Part shown: piece after piece, positions 1 through 10,428 of the stretch
Position numbering within the stretch: the stretch's first letter is position 1
How the letters are laid out: the number at the start of each line of letters is the position of its first letter
Notes under the pieces: model-generated
Seen by the model: the letters and a program-made list of their open reading frames with translations, nothing else
Database searches by the model: none
Told to the model about the DNA's origin: nothing
Made by a program: the position numbers and the translations under genes
Origin: Ignavibacteria bacterium
GTDB taxonomy: Bacteria > Bacteroidota > Ignavibacteria > SZUA-365
Assembly (NCBI GenBank): GCA_016720835.1
Contig: JADKJW010000001.1
Coordinates: 616,230 to 680,229 of the forward strand
Direction of reading: 5' to 3'
Length of the DNA: 64,000 bases

Positions 1-151
1 ACCACTTTGGACATCATGAAAACGACCGGGTGGGGCCGGCGTCCCCGCCGGCCGATTCCGATGAGAATACACCTGAACGAGTGTGACAGCAACGACGCAT
101 GTCGGACAAGCGGGGACGCTTGTCCCACCCGCCGTTCGGGAGCAGTCGCCC

Positions 152-823
152 CTACGACAGCGCGGCTTTCAACGTCGCGAGTTCCGCCTCCAGCGCGGTC
201 ACGCGCTGTTCGAGCGCGGCGATGGTCGCGCGCAGGTCGTCGAAGTCGGCGCGGATGGACGCGGTCTGCGGAGCGGCGGGGGCGGAGGCGACGATGAAGG
301 CCTCGGCCTCTTCCATGGCGGGCCAGTGGAAAAAGAGGTGGCGGTAGCGCACTTCCTTCTGGCCGCTGCGGCGCGGAGCCTCCTCGAGGACGCGCTTGCC
401 TTCGGCCATCATGCTCGCGATGGTTTCCTGGACGAATTCGAGAGAGGGGTAGGTGAATTGCCGCCCCGCGCGCGTCTTGACTTCGCCGACGGTCTGCGGT
501 CCGCGCAGCAGGATGATGCTGAGCGCGCAGGCCTGCGCGGGCGTCATGCCGAGACCGTTGTTGCCCACGCGGTGCATGTGTTTCACCACGCGGCCCGTGC
601 CGCTCACCACGGCGGCGAGACCCTTGTCGCGCAGCTTCTCGAGCGCGTAGTCCACCGTGTCCTCGTCGAACTCCACCACGGGTTCGCGGCTGCTCTTCTG
701 GTTGCAGGCATTCACGATGGCATTGATCGTCATCGGATAGTATTCCGGCGTGGCCTGGCTTTTCTCGATCAGGCAACCGAACACGCGGGCTTCTTCGAAG
801 GTGAGGGTGGGGAGAGGATCCAT
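152..823 (-). CDS. YceH/DUF480 family protein
   Basis: 223-aa ORF. Conserved DUF480 N-terminal LTxEEARVxGCLxEKxxTTPExYPxTxNA-like pattern and a coiled-coil C-terminus. Confidence 0.55.
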   Translation of the reverse strand: MDPLPTLTFEEARVFGCLIEKSQATPEYYPMTINAIVNACNQKSSREPVVEFDEDTVDYALEKLRDKGLAAVVSGTGRVVKHMHRVGNNGLGMTPAQACALSIILLRGPQTVGEVKTRAGRQFTYPSLEFVQETIASMMAEGKRVLEEAPRRSGQKEVRYRHLFFHWPAMEEAEAFIVASAPAAPQTASIRADFDDLRATIAALEQRVTALEAELATLKAALS

Positions 824-944
824 GGGGAAAGTATGAAGTATGAATTATGAATGATGAAAAATACAAAAAGGGAAGGTCGGGAGACGAGGGATTATTTCGT
901 TTTCTTCCTTCATAATTCATCCTTCATAATTCATCCTTCTCCTC

Positions 945-1946
945 CTACTTCCGCAGCAACCGCGCGGCCTCTTTCGCGAAGTATGTGAGAATCATGTCCG
1001 CGCCGGCGCGCTTGATGCCGATGAGGGATTCCATCATGACGCGGTCGTGATCGATCCAGCCGTTTTTGGCGGCGGCCTTGATCATGCTGAATTCGCCGCT
1101 CACCTGATAGGCGGCGGTGGGCATGCCGAATTCGTCCTTCACGCGGCGGATGATGTCGAGGTATGGACCGGCGGGCTTCACCATGACGATGTCGGCGCCC
1201 TCGTCGATGTCGAGTTCCACTTCGCGGATGGCCTCGTTGCTGTTGGCGGGATCCATCTGATGCGAGCGGCGGTCGCCGAACTTGGGCGTCGACTCGGCGG
1301 CGTCGCGGAACGGCCCGTAGTAGCCGGAGGAGTACTTCGCGGCGTAGGACATGATCGGGAGGTTCACGTAGCCGTGGTCGTCGAGGATCTCGCGGATCAC
1401 CGCGATGCGGCCGTCCATCATGTCCGACGGCGCGACCATGTCGGCCCCGGCATCGGCGTGCGAGAGCGCCTCGCGCGCGAGCAGCTCGAGCGTCTCGTCG
1501 TTCACGATTTCGTCGCCGCTGACGATGCCGCAGTGTCCGTGCGAGGTGTACTCGCACATGCACACGTCGGTGATGACGACGAGGTCCTTCACCGCCTTCT
1601 TGATGGCGCGCACGGCCTGCTGCACCATGCCGTTGGGGTCCCATGCCTCGCTGCCGACCTCGTCCTTGTGCGCGGGGATGCCGAAGAGAATGATCGCGGG
1701 AATGCCGAGCTTCGCGACTTCGCGGGCTTCCTTCACGGCTTCATCGACGGAGTTCTGATGAATGCCGGGCATCGATTTGATCTCCTTGTGCACGCCCTTG
1801 CCGGGGACGACGAACATCGGGTAGATGAAGTCGCTCGGCGTGAGCACCGTTTCGCGCACCATCGCGCGCAGCGGTTCGGTCATGCGCGTGCGGCGCGTGC
1901 GGCCGAAGGAGACGTAGGGGCTGTAGGTCATCTCGCCTTTTTCCAT
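945..1946 (-). CDS. hemB: porphobilinogen synthase (delta-aminolevulinate dehydratase)
   Basis: Strong similarity pattern to HemB: active-site region [12 protein letters not shown], Zn-Cys motif [14 protein letters not shown], and C-terminal [13 protein letters not shown]. The 5' part of the long ORF is non-coding extension. Start chosen at MEKGEMTY (cat at 1944-1946); MTYSPY at 1931 is an alternative. Confidence 0.9.
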   Translation of the reverse strand: MEKGEMTYSPYVSFGRTRRTRMTEPLRAMVRETVLTPSDFIYPMFVVPGKGVHKEIKSMPGIHQNSVDEAVKEAREVAKLGIPAIILFGIPAHKDEVGSEAWDPNGMVQQAVRAIKKAVKDLVVITDVCMCEYTSHGHCGIVSGDEIVNDETLELLAREALSHADAGADMVAPSDMMDGRIAVIREILDDHGYVNLPIMSYAAKYSSGYYGPFRDAAESTPKFGDRRSHQMDPANSNEAIREVELDIDEGADIVMVKPAGPYLDIIRRVKDEFGMPTAAYQVSGEFSMIKAAAKNGWIDHDRVMMESLIGIKRAGADMILTYFAKEAARLLRK

Positions 1947-2023
1947 GGGGGTCCTTTGCGACTGTGGTTCAACAGGAGTACAATACGGAAATGTAACGGA
2001 AAGCGGGAGCTCCGCGCAACGCC

Positions 2024-3406
2024 CTACCGCGCCGCCAGGAAGTCCGACACGGCGGCGGCGCTGCGGTCGGCGGACTTCACGCAATCCCCCACCGATATGC
2101 CGCCGCGGTAGTTCGCGCAGAAGAAGAGTCCGGGCAGCGCCTTCTCGGCCGCCTCGACGCGCGCCATGCAGGCGGGATGCCCGAGCGTGTACTGCGGAAT
2201 GGCCTTCTTCCAGCGCGTGACGGCGCTGAAGACGGGCACGGGCGGCGTGCCGAGCAGGGCCGTCTGCTCGCGCAGCACGAGCGCCGCGACGTCGTCATCG
2301 GACAGTTCGGCGTTGGCGGGCTGCCGCGCGCCGCCGACGAAGGAGGTCAGCAGCGCCGTGCCTGCTTCGGTGCGGTCGCGAAACAGCGTGCTCGTGAATA
2401 TCGTGCCCAGGATCTCGCGCTTCTCGACGGCCGGAATCAGGAAGCCGAAACCGTCGAGCGGGTGCATGCCCGGCTGCGGCCGGAACACCGTGATCGCCAC
2501 GGCCACCGGCGGGTACGGGATGGCGCGCAGGGGCTCGGAGAGATCCGGCGCGAGTTCGCGGACCAGTTCCGCGGCATCGTGCGCGGGCGTCGCGAGGACG
2601 AGCGCGTCGCAGGTGTAGAGGCGCGGACCGTCGGCCGTGGCCGCCTCGAGCGCGAAGCCGCCGTCCTCGCGCGTCGTGATGCGCGCGACGCGGATGCCGG
2701 TCTCGACGCGATGCAGCGCGTCCCGCAACGCGATGGTGAGGGTTTCCATGCCGTCCGTGAACGAGAACATCCGCGCGCTGGTCTTGGACTCCTCGCCCCG
2801 GCGCTTGCGCTCCTTCGCGCCGCGGATCTGCCCCATGATGAGCCCGCCGTATTTCTGTTCGATCTCGAAGAGTTTCGGGAAGGCCGCCCGCACGCTCAGC
2901 GTTTCGGGATCGCCCGCGTACACGCCCGCGACGAAGGGATTGATGGCATAGTCGAGGAATTCCCTGCCAAGGCGTCGGCGCACGAATTCCGCCACCGTCT
3001 CGTTCGATTTCGGATCGCTTGCTCCGATAAAGGGCTCGCGGAACAGGCGGAGCTTCGCGCGCGCGGAAAACAGCGGCGTGCGGAGGAAGGCCCCCGGCGA
3101 CATCGGCAGCGGCATGAGCGTGCCGCCGCGCAGGATGAAGCGTTTCGCGGACGAGTCGTCCGCGTACATCTTGCGGTCCTCGATGCCGAGATCGCGGATC
3201 AATTGCGTGAGCAGCGGCGTGGTTTCGAGCGTGCTGTTCGGCCCGGCCTCGATGAGGCGGCCGTCCTGCCTCCAGCTGCGTATCGACCCTCCGGCACGGT
3301 CCGCCTTCTCGAGCACGAGCACATCGATACCCTGTTTCTGAAGCGCGTACGCCGCGGTGAGGCCGGAAATTCCGGCGCCGAGGATGATGGTGTCAGCGTG
3401 GGTCAT
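2024..3406 (-). CDS. hemY: FAD-dependent protoporphyrinogen oxidase (HemY/PPOX family)
   Basis: N-terminal dinucleotide-binding GAGISGL motif, about 460 aa, PPOX-like architecture. Sits inside the heme cluster. Confidence 0.8.
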   Translation of the reverse strand: MTHADTIILGAGISGLTAAYALQKQGIDVLVLEKADRAGGSIRSWRQDGRLIEAGPNSTLETTPLLTQLIRDLGIEDRKMYADDSSAKRFILRGGTLMPLPMSPGAFLRTPLFSARAKLRLFREPFIGASDPKSNETVAEFVRRRLGREFLDYAINPFVAGVYAGDPETLSVRAAFPKLFEIEQKYGGLIMGQIRGAKERKRRGEESKTSARMFSFTDGMETLTIALRDALHRVETGIRVARITTREDGGFALEAATADGPRLYTCDALVLATPAHDAAELVRELAPDLSEPLRAIPYPPVAVAITVFRPQPGMHPLDGFGFLIPAVEKREILGTIFTSTLFRDRTEAGTALLTSFVGGARQPANAELSDDDVAALVLREQTALLGTPPVPVFSAVTRWKKAIPQYTLGHPACMARVEAAEKALPGLFFCANYRGGISVGDCVKSADRSAAAVSDFLAAR

Positions 3407-3459
3407 CGGTCAGGGGAAAGGATGAAGGATGAAGGATGAATTATGAATTTCAGAGAGGG

Positions 3460-3705
3460 GCGAAGCACGATGAAAAAGGGCATCGTCATCCTGAGCGAAG
3501 CGAAGGATCTGCCATGAATGGCGCGCACGCTGCTGTGAAGGGCAAAGCACGATGAAAAAGGGCATCGTCATCCTGAGCGAAGCGAAGGATCTGGCCGGTC
3601 GGGGCGTGCATTCAGAAATGCCGTGCGAGACGTGACTCTTGAAACAACGTGCGCTCCTTTCATCACAGATCCTTCGCTGCGCATCCGGATGACGAGGGTT
3701 CATGG
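3460..3705. repeat. intergenic repeat cluster: two direct copies and one inverted copy of a roughly 45-bp element (…catcgtcatcctgagcgaagcgaaggatctg…)
   Basis: Direct copies at about 3465-3510 and 3545-3590; an inverted copy at about 3665-3705. Related copies occur at 30336-30365 and 60330-60480. Confidence 0.8.
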
Positions 3706-4731
3706 TTTCGTTGATGCTGCACGAACGTTCTGTTCCAGTTCGAGCCGCCGTTCCACCCGCGCGATGATCTGCGCGGCCATCGACGAGATGTACAGCGGCG
3801 AATCGTTCAGTCCGGCGGTGACGCGGAAGCTCCCGATGCCGGCTTCTGCGGCCTCGCGGCGCAACTCGATGCTCAGCTCGTGCAGCGTTTCGATATGGTC
3901 GGCGGTGAAGGCCACGGGCACGACGAGGAGATCCGTGACGCCCTGCGCGGCAAGCGTCTTCACCATGTCGACGGTGTTCGGTTCGAGCCATTTGGCCGGT
4001 CCCACCTTGCTCTGAAAGCTGAGATGATACGGGCGGTCGTTGCCGCGCGCGCGCATCACCGCTTCGACGGTGTCGCGGATCTGCAGGGAATAGGGATCGC
4101 CCTGCTGCACGAGCTTGACGGGGGTTCCATGCGCGCTGAAGAGCAGCGTGACCCCGCCGCGCCGCTCCGCGGGAAAGGCGGCGAGTCCCTCGTCGATGCG
4201 CGCGCCGAGGGCGGCGACGTACCGCGCGTCGACGGGATAGGCCTTCACGCTCTGCACGCGGAAGCGGCGGCCGCCCTTCGCGCGATGCAGGTCGCGCCAG
4301 GTCTTCATGCAGGACCCGGTCGTCGTTTTCGAGTAGTGCGGATACAAAGGCATCAGAAAGACGCGAGAGACGCCCTCACGGTCCAGTTCCTCCATCGCCT
4401 CGGCGATGAAGGGATGCCAGTAGCTGAAGCCGACCACCACGCGCACGGCGAAGCGCCCGTCGAAATGCGCGGCGAGCGCGGACTCGAGCGCGCGGGCCTG
4501 CTGCGCGGAAATCTCCGCGAGGGGCGACTTCCCGCCGATCATGGCGTAGTTCTTCTTCACGATTTCCGCGCGGCGCTTCGCGATGAAACGCGCGAGCGGA
4601 CCGCGCGCGAATTCCATCGGCCCGAAGGAGATGATTTCCCTGTCAAGAAAGAGGTTCTGCAGAAACGGACGCACCGCATCGAGGGAGGTGGGACCGCCCA
4701 TGTTCAGGAGCACGACGCCGAGGGTTTCCAT
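3700..4731 (-). CDS. hemH: ferrochelatase
   Basis: 343-aa product beginning METLGVVLLNMGGP. Typical ferrochelatase N-terminus and length. The upstream part of the long ORF is spurious. Confidence 0.9.
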   Translation of the reverse strand: METLGVVLLNMGGPTSLDAVRPFLQNLFLDREIISFGPMEFARGPLARFIAKRRAEIVKKNYAMIGGKSPLAEISAQQARALESALAAHFDGRFAVRVVVGFSYWHPFIAEAMEELDREGVSRVFLMPLYPHYSKTTTGSCMKTWRDLHRAKGGRRFRVQSVKAYPVDARYVAALGARIDEGLAAFPAERRGGVTLLFSAHGTPVKLVQQGDPYSLQIRDTVEAVMRARGNDRPYHLSFQSKVGPAKWLEPNTVDMVKTLAAQGVTDLLVVPVAFTADHIETLHELSIELRREAAEAGIGSFRVTAGLNDSPLYISSMAAQIIARVERRLELEQNVRAASTKP

Positions 4732-4742
4732 GGCCGCGCTCC

Positions 4743-6128
4743 CTAAATGGTTTTCGAGAAGACCGGCTTCTCCAGCTGCGCGGGCAGGTAGGCGTCGAAG
4801 GCCATCGCCACGTTGCGTATCACGAGCATGCCCATGCCGGGCACGTCGATGCGGTCGGCGGACAGGCGCACGAGTCCGTCGTCGACGAGTTCCTGCAGGC
4901 GCGGGAAGGCGGCCGCGAAGTACGTGTCGAAGTCGATGCCGTACCGCGCCTCGATGGCGCGCTTGTCGAGCGCGAAATCGCACATCAGGCGCATGATCAC
5001 GTCGCGGCGCAGCAGGTCGTCGTCCGTGAGCAGCGTCCCGACATGCGTGGCGGCCTCGCCGCGGTCGAGCCGGGCCGCGTATTCGCCGATGGTCTTCACG
5101 CTCTGCGCGTACATGCGGTCGAACTGGCTGATGCTCGTGATGCCGAAGCCGTAGAGGTCGGCGCCCGCGTGCGTGGTGTAGCCCTGGAAGTTGCGGTACA
5201 GCGTTCCGTTGCGCTGCGCGACGGCCAGCTCGTTGCCGGGCTTCGCGAAGTGGTCCATGCCCACGTACACGTAGCCGGCGTCGTTGAGTTTTTCGATGGT
5301 GCGCACGAGGATGCGCAGCTTCTCCTCCGTGGACGGCAGGTCTTCGGGATGGATCAGCGACATGTGCTTTTTCATCCACGGCACATGCGCGTAATTGAAC
5401 ACGGCGATGCGGTCGGGATCGATGTCGATCACCGTGTCGAGCGTCTGCTCGAAGGTGGCGAGCGTCTGATGCGGCAGGCCGTAGATCAGATCGAGATTGA
5501 TGCTGGTGAGGCCGGCGTCGCGCGCCCAGTCGAGCACGCGGCGGGTCATGTCCTCGGGCTGGATGCGGTTCACGGCTTCCTGCACGGCGGGGTTGAAGTC
5601 CTGCACGCCCATCGAGATGCGGTTGAACCCCGCGTCCTTGAGCGCCGCGACGTGATCGCGCGTCATGTCGCGCGGATCGATCTCGACGCCCGCTTCGACG
5701 CCGGGATCGATATCGAACAGCTCGCGCGTCGCGCCGGCGAGTTCGCGGATCTCGTCCGGCGTGAGATACGTGGGCGTGCCGCCGCCCCAGGCGATCTGCG
5801 CGACCTGCCGTCCCTCGGCGATATGCGGCCGGAGCATGGCGAGTTCGCGCCGGAGCAGTCCGACGTAGTCGCGGATCTTCGCGCGGTCGCGCGTCACCAT
5901 CATGTTGCAGCCGCAGAAGTAGCAGAGCGTGTCGCAGAACGGGATGTGGAAGTACAGCGACAGCGGCGGCGCGTCCGGATTCGCGTTCGTGCGCTGCACT
6001 TCGCGCAGGAAGTCGCCGCTCCCGAAGGACGGCGAGAACACCGGCGCGGTCGGGTAACTCGTGTAGCGCGGTCCGGGCCGCGAGTACTTTTTCAGAAGCT
6101 CGGTATCGATCGCGTCAAACTGTCTCAT
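4743..6128 (-). CDS. hemN: oxygen-independent coproporphyrinogen III oxidase (radical SAM)
   Basis: 461 aa with YFHIPFCxxxCxFCGC radical-SAM motif and full HemN-length C-terminal domain. Confidence 0.9.
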   Translation of the reverse strand: MRQFDAIDTELLKKYSRPGPRYTSYPTAPVFSPSFGSGDFLREVQRTNANPDAPPLSLYFHIPFCDTLCYFCGCNMMVTRDRAKIRDYVGLLRRELAMLRPHIAEGRQVAQIAWGGGTPTYLTPDEIRELAGATRELFDIDPGVEAGVEIDPRDMTRDHVAALKDAGFNRISMGVQDFNPAVQEAVNRIQPEDMTRRVLDWARDAGLTSINLDLIYGLPHQTLATFEQTLDTVIDIDPDRIAVFNYAHVPWMKKHMSLIHPEDLPSTEEKLRILVRTIEKLNDAGYVYVGMDHFAKPGNELAVAQRNGTLYRNFQGYTTHAGADLYGFGITSISQFDRMYAQSVKTIGEYAARLDRGEAATHVGTLLTDDDLLRRDVIMRLMCDFALDKRAIEARYGIDFDTYFAAAFPRLQELVDDGLVRLSADRIDVPGMGMLVIRNVAMAFDAYLPAQLEKPVFSKTI

Positions 6129-6188
6129 CGCTGTCCTTTCGTGCTGCGCATGCGGTGCATCGGGTTGGGGCGGCAGTTCCGCCCGGGG

Positions 6189-7241
6189 TTATTTTTTCCG
6201 GAGTTCGGTGCTGATCTCTTTCACCGCGTCCACCATGGCCTTCGCGTGTTCCACGGGCACGTCGGGCAGGATGCCGTGCCCGAGGTTGAAGATGTGCCCG
6301 GGATGCGAGCCGAACTTCGTGAGGATGCTGCGGACCTGGGCGCGGATCGATTCGGGCGACGAGTAGAGCGCGACGGGATCGAGATTGCCCTGCAGGGATG
6401 CGCGGTGCCCCACGTTTTCGCGCGCCTCGCCGAGGTCCACGGTCCAGTCCAGCCCGACCACATCGCAGCCGCAGGCGGCCACTTCCTTGAGCGCGCCGGT
6501 GGCGCCCCGGGCGAACACGATGACGGGCACGTCCGAATTGGCTTTCACTTCGCGGATGATGCGCGTGATGTAGGGCAGCGAGAAGGTGAGGAAGGCGTCC
6601 TTGCTCATGATGCCGGCCCAGGTGTCGAAGATCTGCACGATGTCGGCGCCGTTGCGCGTCTGCTCGACGAGGTACTTGGACACCACGCCGGCGAGCTTGT
6701 CGAGCAGCGTATGGAGCAGGGCCGGTTCGTTGTACATCATCGTCTTCACGGCGGCGAAGTCCTTCGCGCCGCGGCCTTCGACGGCGTAGGCGGCGAGCGT
6801 CCAGGGCGCGCCCGCGAAGCCGATCAGCGGCACGCGACCGTCGAGCACGCGGGAGGTGAGTTTGAGCGCGTCGTACACGTAGCGCAGGCGTTCCACGGCG
6901 CCGTCCGTGACGAGGGCGTCGATATCGGCCTTGCTGCGCAGGGGTTTCGGGAAGCGCGGTCCGCCCTTCCCTTCCTCGACGACGAGTTCCATGCCCATGG
7001 CTTCGGGCACCACGAGGATATCGGAGAAGATGATGGCCGCGTCGACGCCGACGATGTCGACCGGTTGGATGGTGACTTCCGATGCGAGTTCGGGGGTTTT
7101 GCAGAGGGTGAGGAAGTCCGTCTTCTCGCGGACGGCGCGATACTCGGGGAGGTAGCGCCCCGCCTGGCGCATCATCCACACCGGGGTGCGGTCCACCTGT
7201 TGCCGTTTGGCTGCGCGGATGAGGAGGTCGTTTTGAAGCAT
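6189..7241 (-). CDS. hemE: uroporphyrinogen decarboxylase
   Basis: 350 aa. N-terminal RTPVWMMRQAGRYLPEY signature of UroD. Confidence 0.9.
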   Translation of the reverse strand: MLQNDLLIRAAKRQQVDRTPVWMMRQAGRYLPEYRAVREKTDFLTLCKTPELASEVTIQPVDIVGVDAAIIFSDILVVPEAMGMELVVEEGKGGPRFPKPLRSKADIDALVTDGAVERLRYVYDALKLTSRVLDGRVPLIGFAGAPWTLAAYAVEGRGAKDFAAVKTMMYNEPALLHTLLDKLAGVVSKYLVEQTRNGADIVQIFDTWAGIMSKDAFLTFSLPYITRIIREVKANSDVPVIVFARGATGALKEVAACGCDVVGLDWTVDLGEARENVGHRASLQGNLDPVALYSSPESIRAQVRSILTKFGSHPGHIFNLGHGILPDVPVEHAKAMVDAVKEISTELRKK

Positions 7242-7343
7242 GGGGGTCCTTGGTTCTGAGGCCCGCTGCGGCGTGGAGGTGTCAACCGCGGCGGATGCCG
7301 CGTGGCCGTCTCTCCGGAGCCGGGCAGATGATGTGCGGGGTCG

Positions 7344-8141
7344 TTAGCCGATATCCATGTGCATGTCGGGGTCCATTTCGATGCGCTGCGCGGAGCCGAA
7401 GCGCGCGACGATGGCGGCGGCCATGGATTCCGCCGTCTGTTCGTCGGCGATCGCGTCCACGCGGAGGCCGCTCGAAAACACCGCCGACGCGGTGGTCTGT
7501 CCGATGACGGCGATGAGGATGGTCGCCTGTTTGAAATCCGGAATCATGGCGGTGAAATTGCGCACCGCGGAGGGCGAGAAAAAGGCGATGCATTCGATGC
7601 CCCCTTCGATGAGCATCTGGTCGAGCGCCGCGAGGTCGCGCTTCGGAGGAGCGATGGCGCGATACACGGTGACGCGGTTCACCTTGCCGCCGCGCGCCTC
7701 CACCTGTGCCGCGAAGTCCTCGCGCATCAGGTCCGAACCGGGCTGCAGGAAAAAATGGTTGGAGACGTCGCCGAGCGCCGCGGCCAGATGTCCCGCGCTT
7801 GCGGAGACGGGCACGGTGGCGACGTCGAGGCCGAAGGCGCGCGCGGCTTCGGCGGTCCGCTCGCCGACGGCGTGGACGGCGGGCACGTCATCGAGGCCGC
7901 CGAGGCGTTCGCGGCAACGCTCGAGGAAGAAGCGCGCGGCGTTGGCGCTGGTCAGCACGACGCCGGAATAGACGCCGATGGCGTCGATCGCGTCGTCGGC
8001 GGCATCCCAGGACAGGGGCGGCACGATCTCGATCATCGGCATGTGCAGCACGCCGATGTCCGCCGCGTCGAGGATGCGCTCGAAGGCGTCGGACGCGCCC
8101 GGGGGACGCGTGAGCAGCACCGTGTGCGCGTGCGCGCTCAT
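7344..8141 (-). CDS. hemD: uroporphyrinogen-III synthase
   Basis: About 265-aa HemD-like product starting MSAHAHTVLLTRP. Its start ATG overlaps the hemC stop (ATGA). The long upstream ORF extension is non-coding. Confidence 0.75.
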   Translation of the reverse strand: MSAHAHTVLLTRPPGASDAFERILDAADIGVLHMPMIEIVPPLSWDAADDAIDAIGVYSGVVLTSANAARFFLERCRERLGGLDDVPAVHAVGERTAEAARAFGLDVATVPVSASAGHLAAALGDVSNHFFLQPGSDLMREDFAAQVEARGGKVNRVTVYRAIAPPKRDLAALDQMLIEGGIECIAFFSPSAVRNFTAMIPDFKQATILIAVIGQTTASAVFSSGLRVDAIADEQTAESMAAAIVARFGSAQRIEMDPDMHMDIG

Positions 8142-9082
8142 GCCCGCTTCGGCGCCGCGGCGCGGATGTCGTCGAGGATGGCCTTCGCGCCGTTGTCGTA
8201 GAGTTTTTTCGCGATGCGCCGTCCGAGCTGCGCGGCCTTCGCCGGCTCCGCGACCGACCCGCCCGCGTCGAGGCGGATGGTCCCGTCGATGCTGCCCACC
8301 GTCGCGTCGAGGAGCAGCCGTCCGTCCTTCACGCGGGCCCAGGCGCCGATCGGAATCTGGCATCCGCCCTCGAGCGTCCGCAGCAGCGCCCGCTCGGCCG
8401 TGGTGGCGGCGAAGGTGGCGTCGTGATGGAGGACGCGCACGGCGCGCAACGCGGCCTCGTCGCCCTCGCGGATCTCGATGCCCAGCGCCCCCTGGCCGAC
8501 GGCGGGAAGGATGAGTTCCGGAGGAATGATCTGCGCGATGCGGTCGGCCCACCCGAGGCGCTTGACGCCGGCGCAGGCGAGGAGCATGCCGTCCCATTTC
8601 GACGCGTCGAATTTCGCGAAGCGCGTGTTGAGGTTGCCGCGGATGTCGACGACACGCACGTCCGGCCGCAGGTGGAGCAGCTGGCTCGTGCGCCGCAGGC
8701 TGCCGGTGGCGATGAGCGCGCCCTCGGGCAGGTCGGCGATGGAGCGCCACTGCCGGGAGATCAGCACGTCGCGCACGTCCTCGCGCTTCGTCACCGCGCC
8801 GATGCGCAGGCCTTCGGGCGTTTCGGTCGGCAGGTCCTTGAGGCTGTGCACGGCGATGTCGACGCGGCCGTCGAGCAGGGCTTCCTCGATTTCCCTGGTG
8901 AAGAGGCCCTTGTCGCCGATGGCCGAGAGGGCCTGGTTGAGGATCCTGTCGCCGGTGGTCTTGATGACCAGCACCTCCACGCGGAGGGCGGGAAAGCGCT
9001 TTTCGAGGCGGTCCTTGACGTGATGCGCCTGCCAGAGGGCGAGGGCGCTGCCGCGCGTGCCGATGGTGAGGGTGCTGCTCAT
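8138..9082 (-). CDS. hemC: hydroxymethylbilane synthase (porphobilinogen deaminase)
   Basis: 314 aa. Motifs IGTRGSxLALxQ and the cofactor-Cys region GGCQIPIG. Confidence 0.9.
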   Translation of the reverse strand: MSSTLTIGTRGSALALWQAHHVKDRLEKRFPALRVEVLVIKTTGDRILNQALSAIGDKGLFTREIEEALLDGRVDIAVHSLKDLPTETPEGLRIGAVTKREDVRDVLISRQWRSIADLPEGALIATGSLRRTSQLLHLRPDVRVVDIRGNLNTRFAKFDASKWDGMLLACAGVKRLGWADRIAQIIPPELILPAVGQGALGIEIREGDEAALRAVRVLHHDATFAATTAERALLRTLEGGCQIPIGAWARVKDGRLLLDATVGSIDGTIRLDAGGSVAEPAKAAQLGRRIAKKLYDNGAKAILDDIRAAAPKRA

Positions 9083-10374
9083 GATGCCTGCCGATGGGTG
9101 TGGCCGCCGTCATCCGAGGAGTCGAGGTCGAAGAGCTCGCGCAGCACCTGCAGGCGCGTGGAAAGCACGGCGCTGTCGGTGACGGGTTCCTTGAGACTGA
9201 CCATGGTCGGATGCAGGAGTTTGTTGATGATGCGTTTGGTGAGGAGCTCCACGCGCTCAAAATCGGACTCGCCGATCTTGTTTTTGAACTTCTCGAGCTC
9301 GAGCGCGCGGATCTGCTCGAACTTTTCACGGAGCTGCTGGATGGTGGGCGTCGCTTCGAGCGCGTTGAACCAGAGGAAGAAGTTGACGACTTCCTCCGTG
9401 ATGATGATCTCCGCGCGCGGGATTTCGGAGCGGCGCTTCTCGACGTTCTGGTCCACGATGCTCTGCAGCGAATCCACGTCCTTGAGAAAGACGCCCGGCA
9501 GACGGTCGATGGCCGGATCGATGTCGCGCGGGACGGCGATGTCGATGAGGAGCATGGTGCGGTTCTGGCGGTGCCGCATGGCCTGCTGCACCATGTCGTA
9601 TTTCACCACCGTGTCGGGCGCGGCGGTGGCCGAGATCACGATATCCACCTCGTGCAGCATGGCCGGGAAGCTCTCGAAAGGGACGACGCGCGCGTGCAGC
9701 GCGCCCGCGAGCGCGACGGCCTTCTCGTGCGTGCGGTTGGTCAGCGTGATGTCCTCGACGCCCTTGCTGATGAGGTGCCGCGCGGCGAGTTCGCCGGTTT
9801 CGCCCGCGCCGATGAGCAGCACCTTCTTGCGGTGGAGATCGGAGAAGATGCGCCGCGCGAGTTCGACGGCCGCGAAACTGATGGACACCGCGCCGATGCC
9901 GATGGACGTCTCGGTGCGCACGCGTTTGCCCGTGCGGAAGGCGCCCATGTACAGGTGGTTGAGCACGTTGCCCGCGGCGCCGCGGTCCACCGCCACCTCG
10001 TAGGCGTCCTTCACCTGGCCGAGGATCTGCATGTCGCCGAGCACCTGCGAATCGATGGCCGAGGCGACGCGGTAGAGGTGCCGCACGGCCCCGCAGGTGA
10101 AGAGGCGGAAGAAGTGCCTGTCCTCGAGCTTCGCGGACGGCCGCAACCGTTTGAGCGCGTCGATGAGCTGCTGGCCGCCGATGTCCTCGTTGTCCGGAAT
10201 CGCGAACAGTTCGGTGCGGTTGCAGGTGGAGACGATGCTCGCTTCGCGCAACCCGTCACGCCGCAGCACGTCGAGCGCCGCGGCGATTTCATCCGCGCTG
10301 AGATGGAGCTGCTCGCGCAGCTCGACCGGTGCGGTTCTATGGTTGACGCCCACTGCGTACAGGATCATCGACAC
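9079..10374 (-). CDS. hemA: glutamyl-tRNA reductase
   Basis: 431 aa. Catalytic-Cys motif STCNRTE, Rossmann GAGETG, and a C-terminal dimerisation helix region. ATGA overlap with hemC. Confidence 0.9.
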   Translation of the reverse strand: MSMILYAVGVNHRTAPVELREQLHLSADEIAAALDVLRRDGLREASIVSTCNRTELFAIPDNEDIGGQQLIDALKRLRPSAKLEDRHFFRLFTCGAVRHLYRVASAIDSQVLGDMQILGQVKDAYEVAVDRGAAGNVLNHLYMGAFRTGKRVRTETSIGIGAVSISFAAVELARRIFSDLHRKKVLLIGAGETGELAARHLISKGVEDITLTNRTHEKAVALAGALHARVVPFESFPAMLHEVDIVISATAAPDTVVKYDMVQQAMRHRQNRTMLLIDIAVPRDIDPAIDRLPGVFLKDVDSLQSIVDQNVEKRRSEIPRAEIIITEEVVNFFLWFNALEATPTIQQLREKFEQIRALELEKFKNKIGESDFERVELLTKRIINKLLHPTMVSLKEPVTDSAVLSTRLQVLRELFDLDSSDDGGHTHRQAS

Positions 10375-10428
10375 GAGGTGCCCTTTCGACGGGGATGCGG
10401 TGCTATCGTCGCCCGCGACTGCGGCGCA

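Noticed and set aside
3410-3991. 193-aa minus-strand ORF across the hemY-hemH spacer
   Set aside because: It is composed of the intergenic repeat copies and overlaps the hemH 3' end. Its translation is Arg-rich nonsense.
5043-7259. 738-aa plus-strand ORF rich in Arg/Gly/Ala/Val
   Set aside because: Lies antisense to hemN and hemE, has an Arg/Gly-biased composition and no motifs. It is an open-frame artefact typical of high-GC DNA.
7344-9329. N-terminal about 400-aa extension of the long ORF containing hemD
   Set aside because: The extension overlaps hemC in another frame and is Arg/Pro/Gly-rich. The real hemD start is at 8141, with ATGA coupling to hemC.
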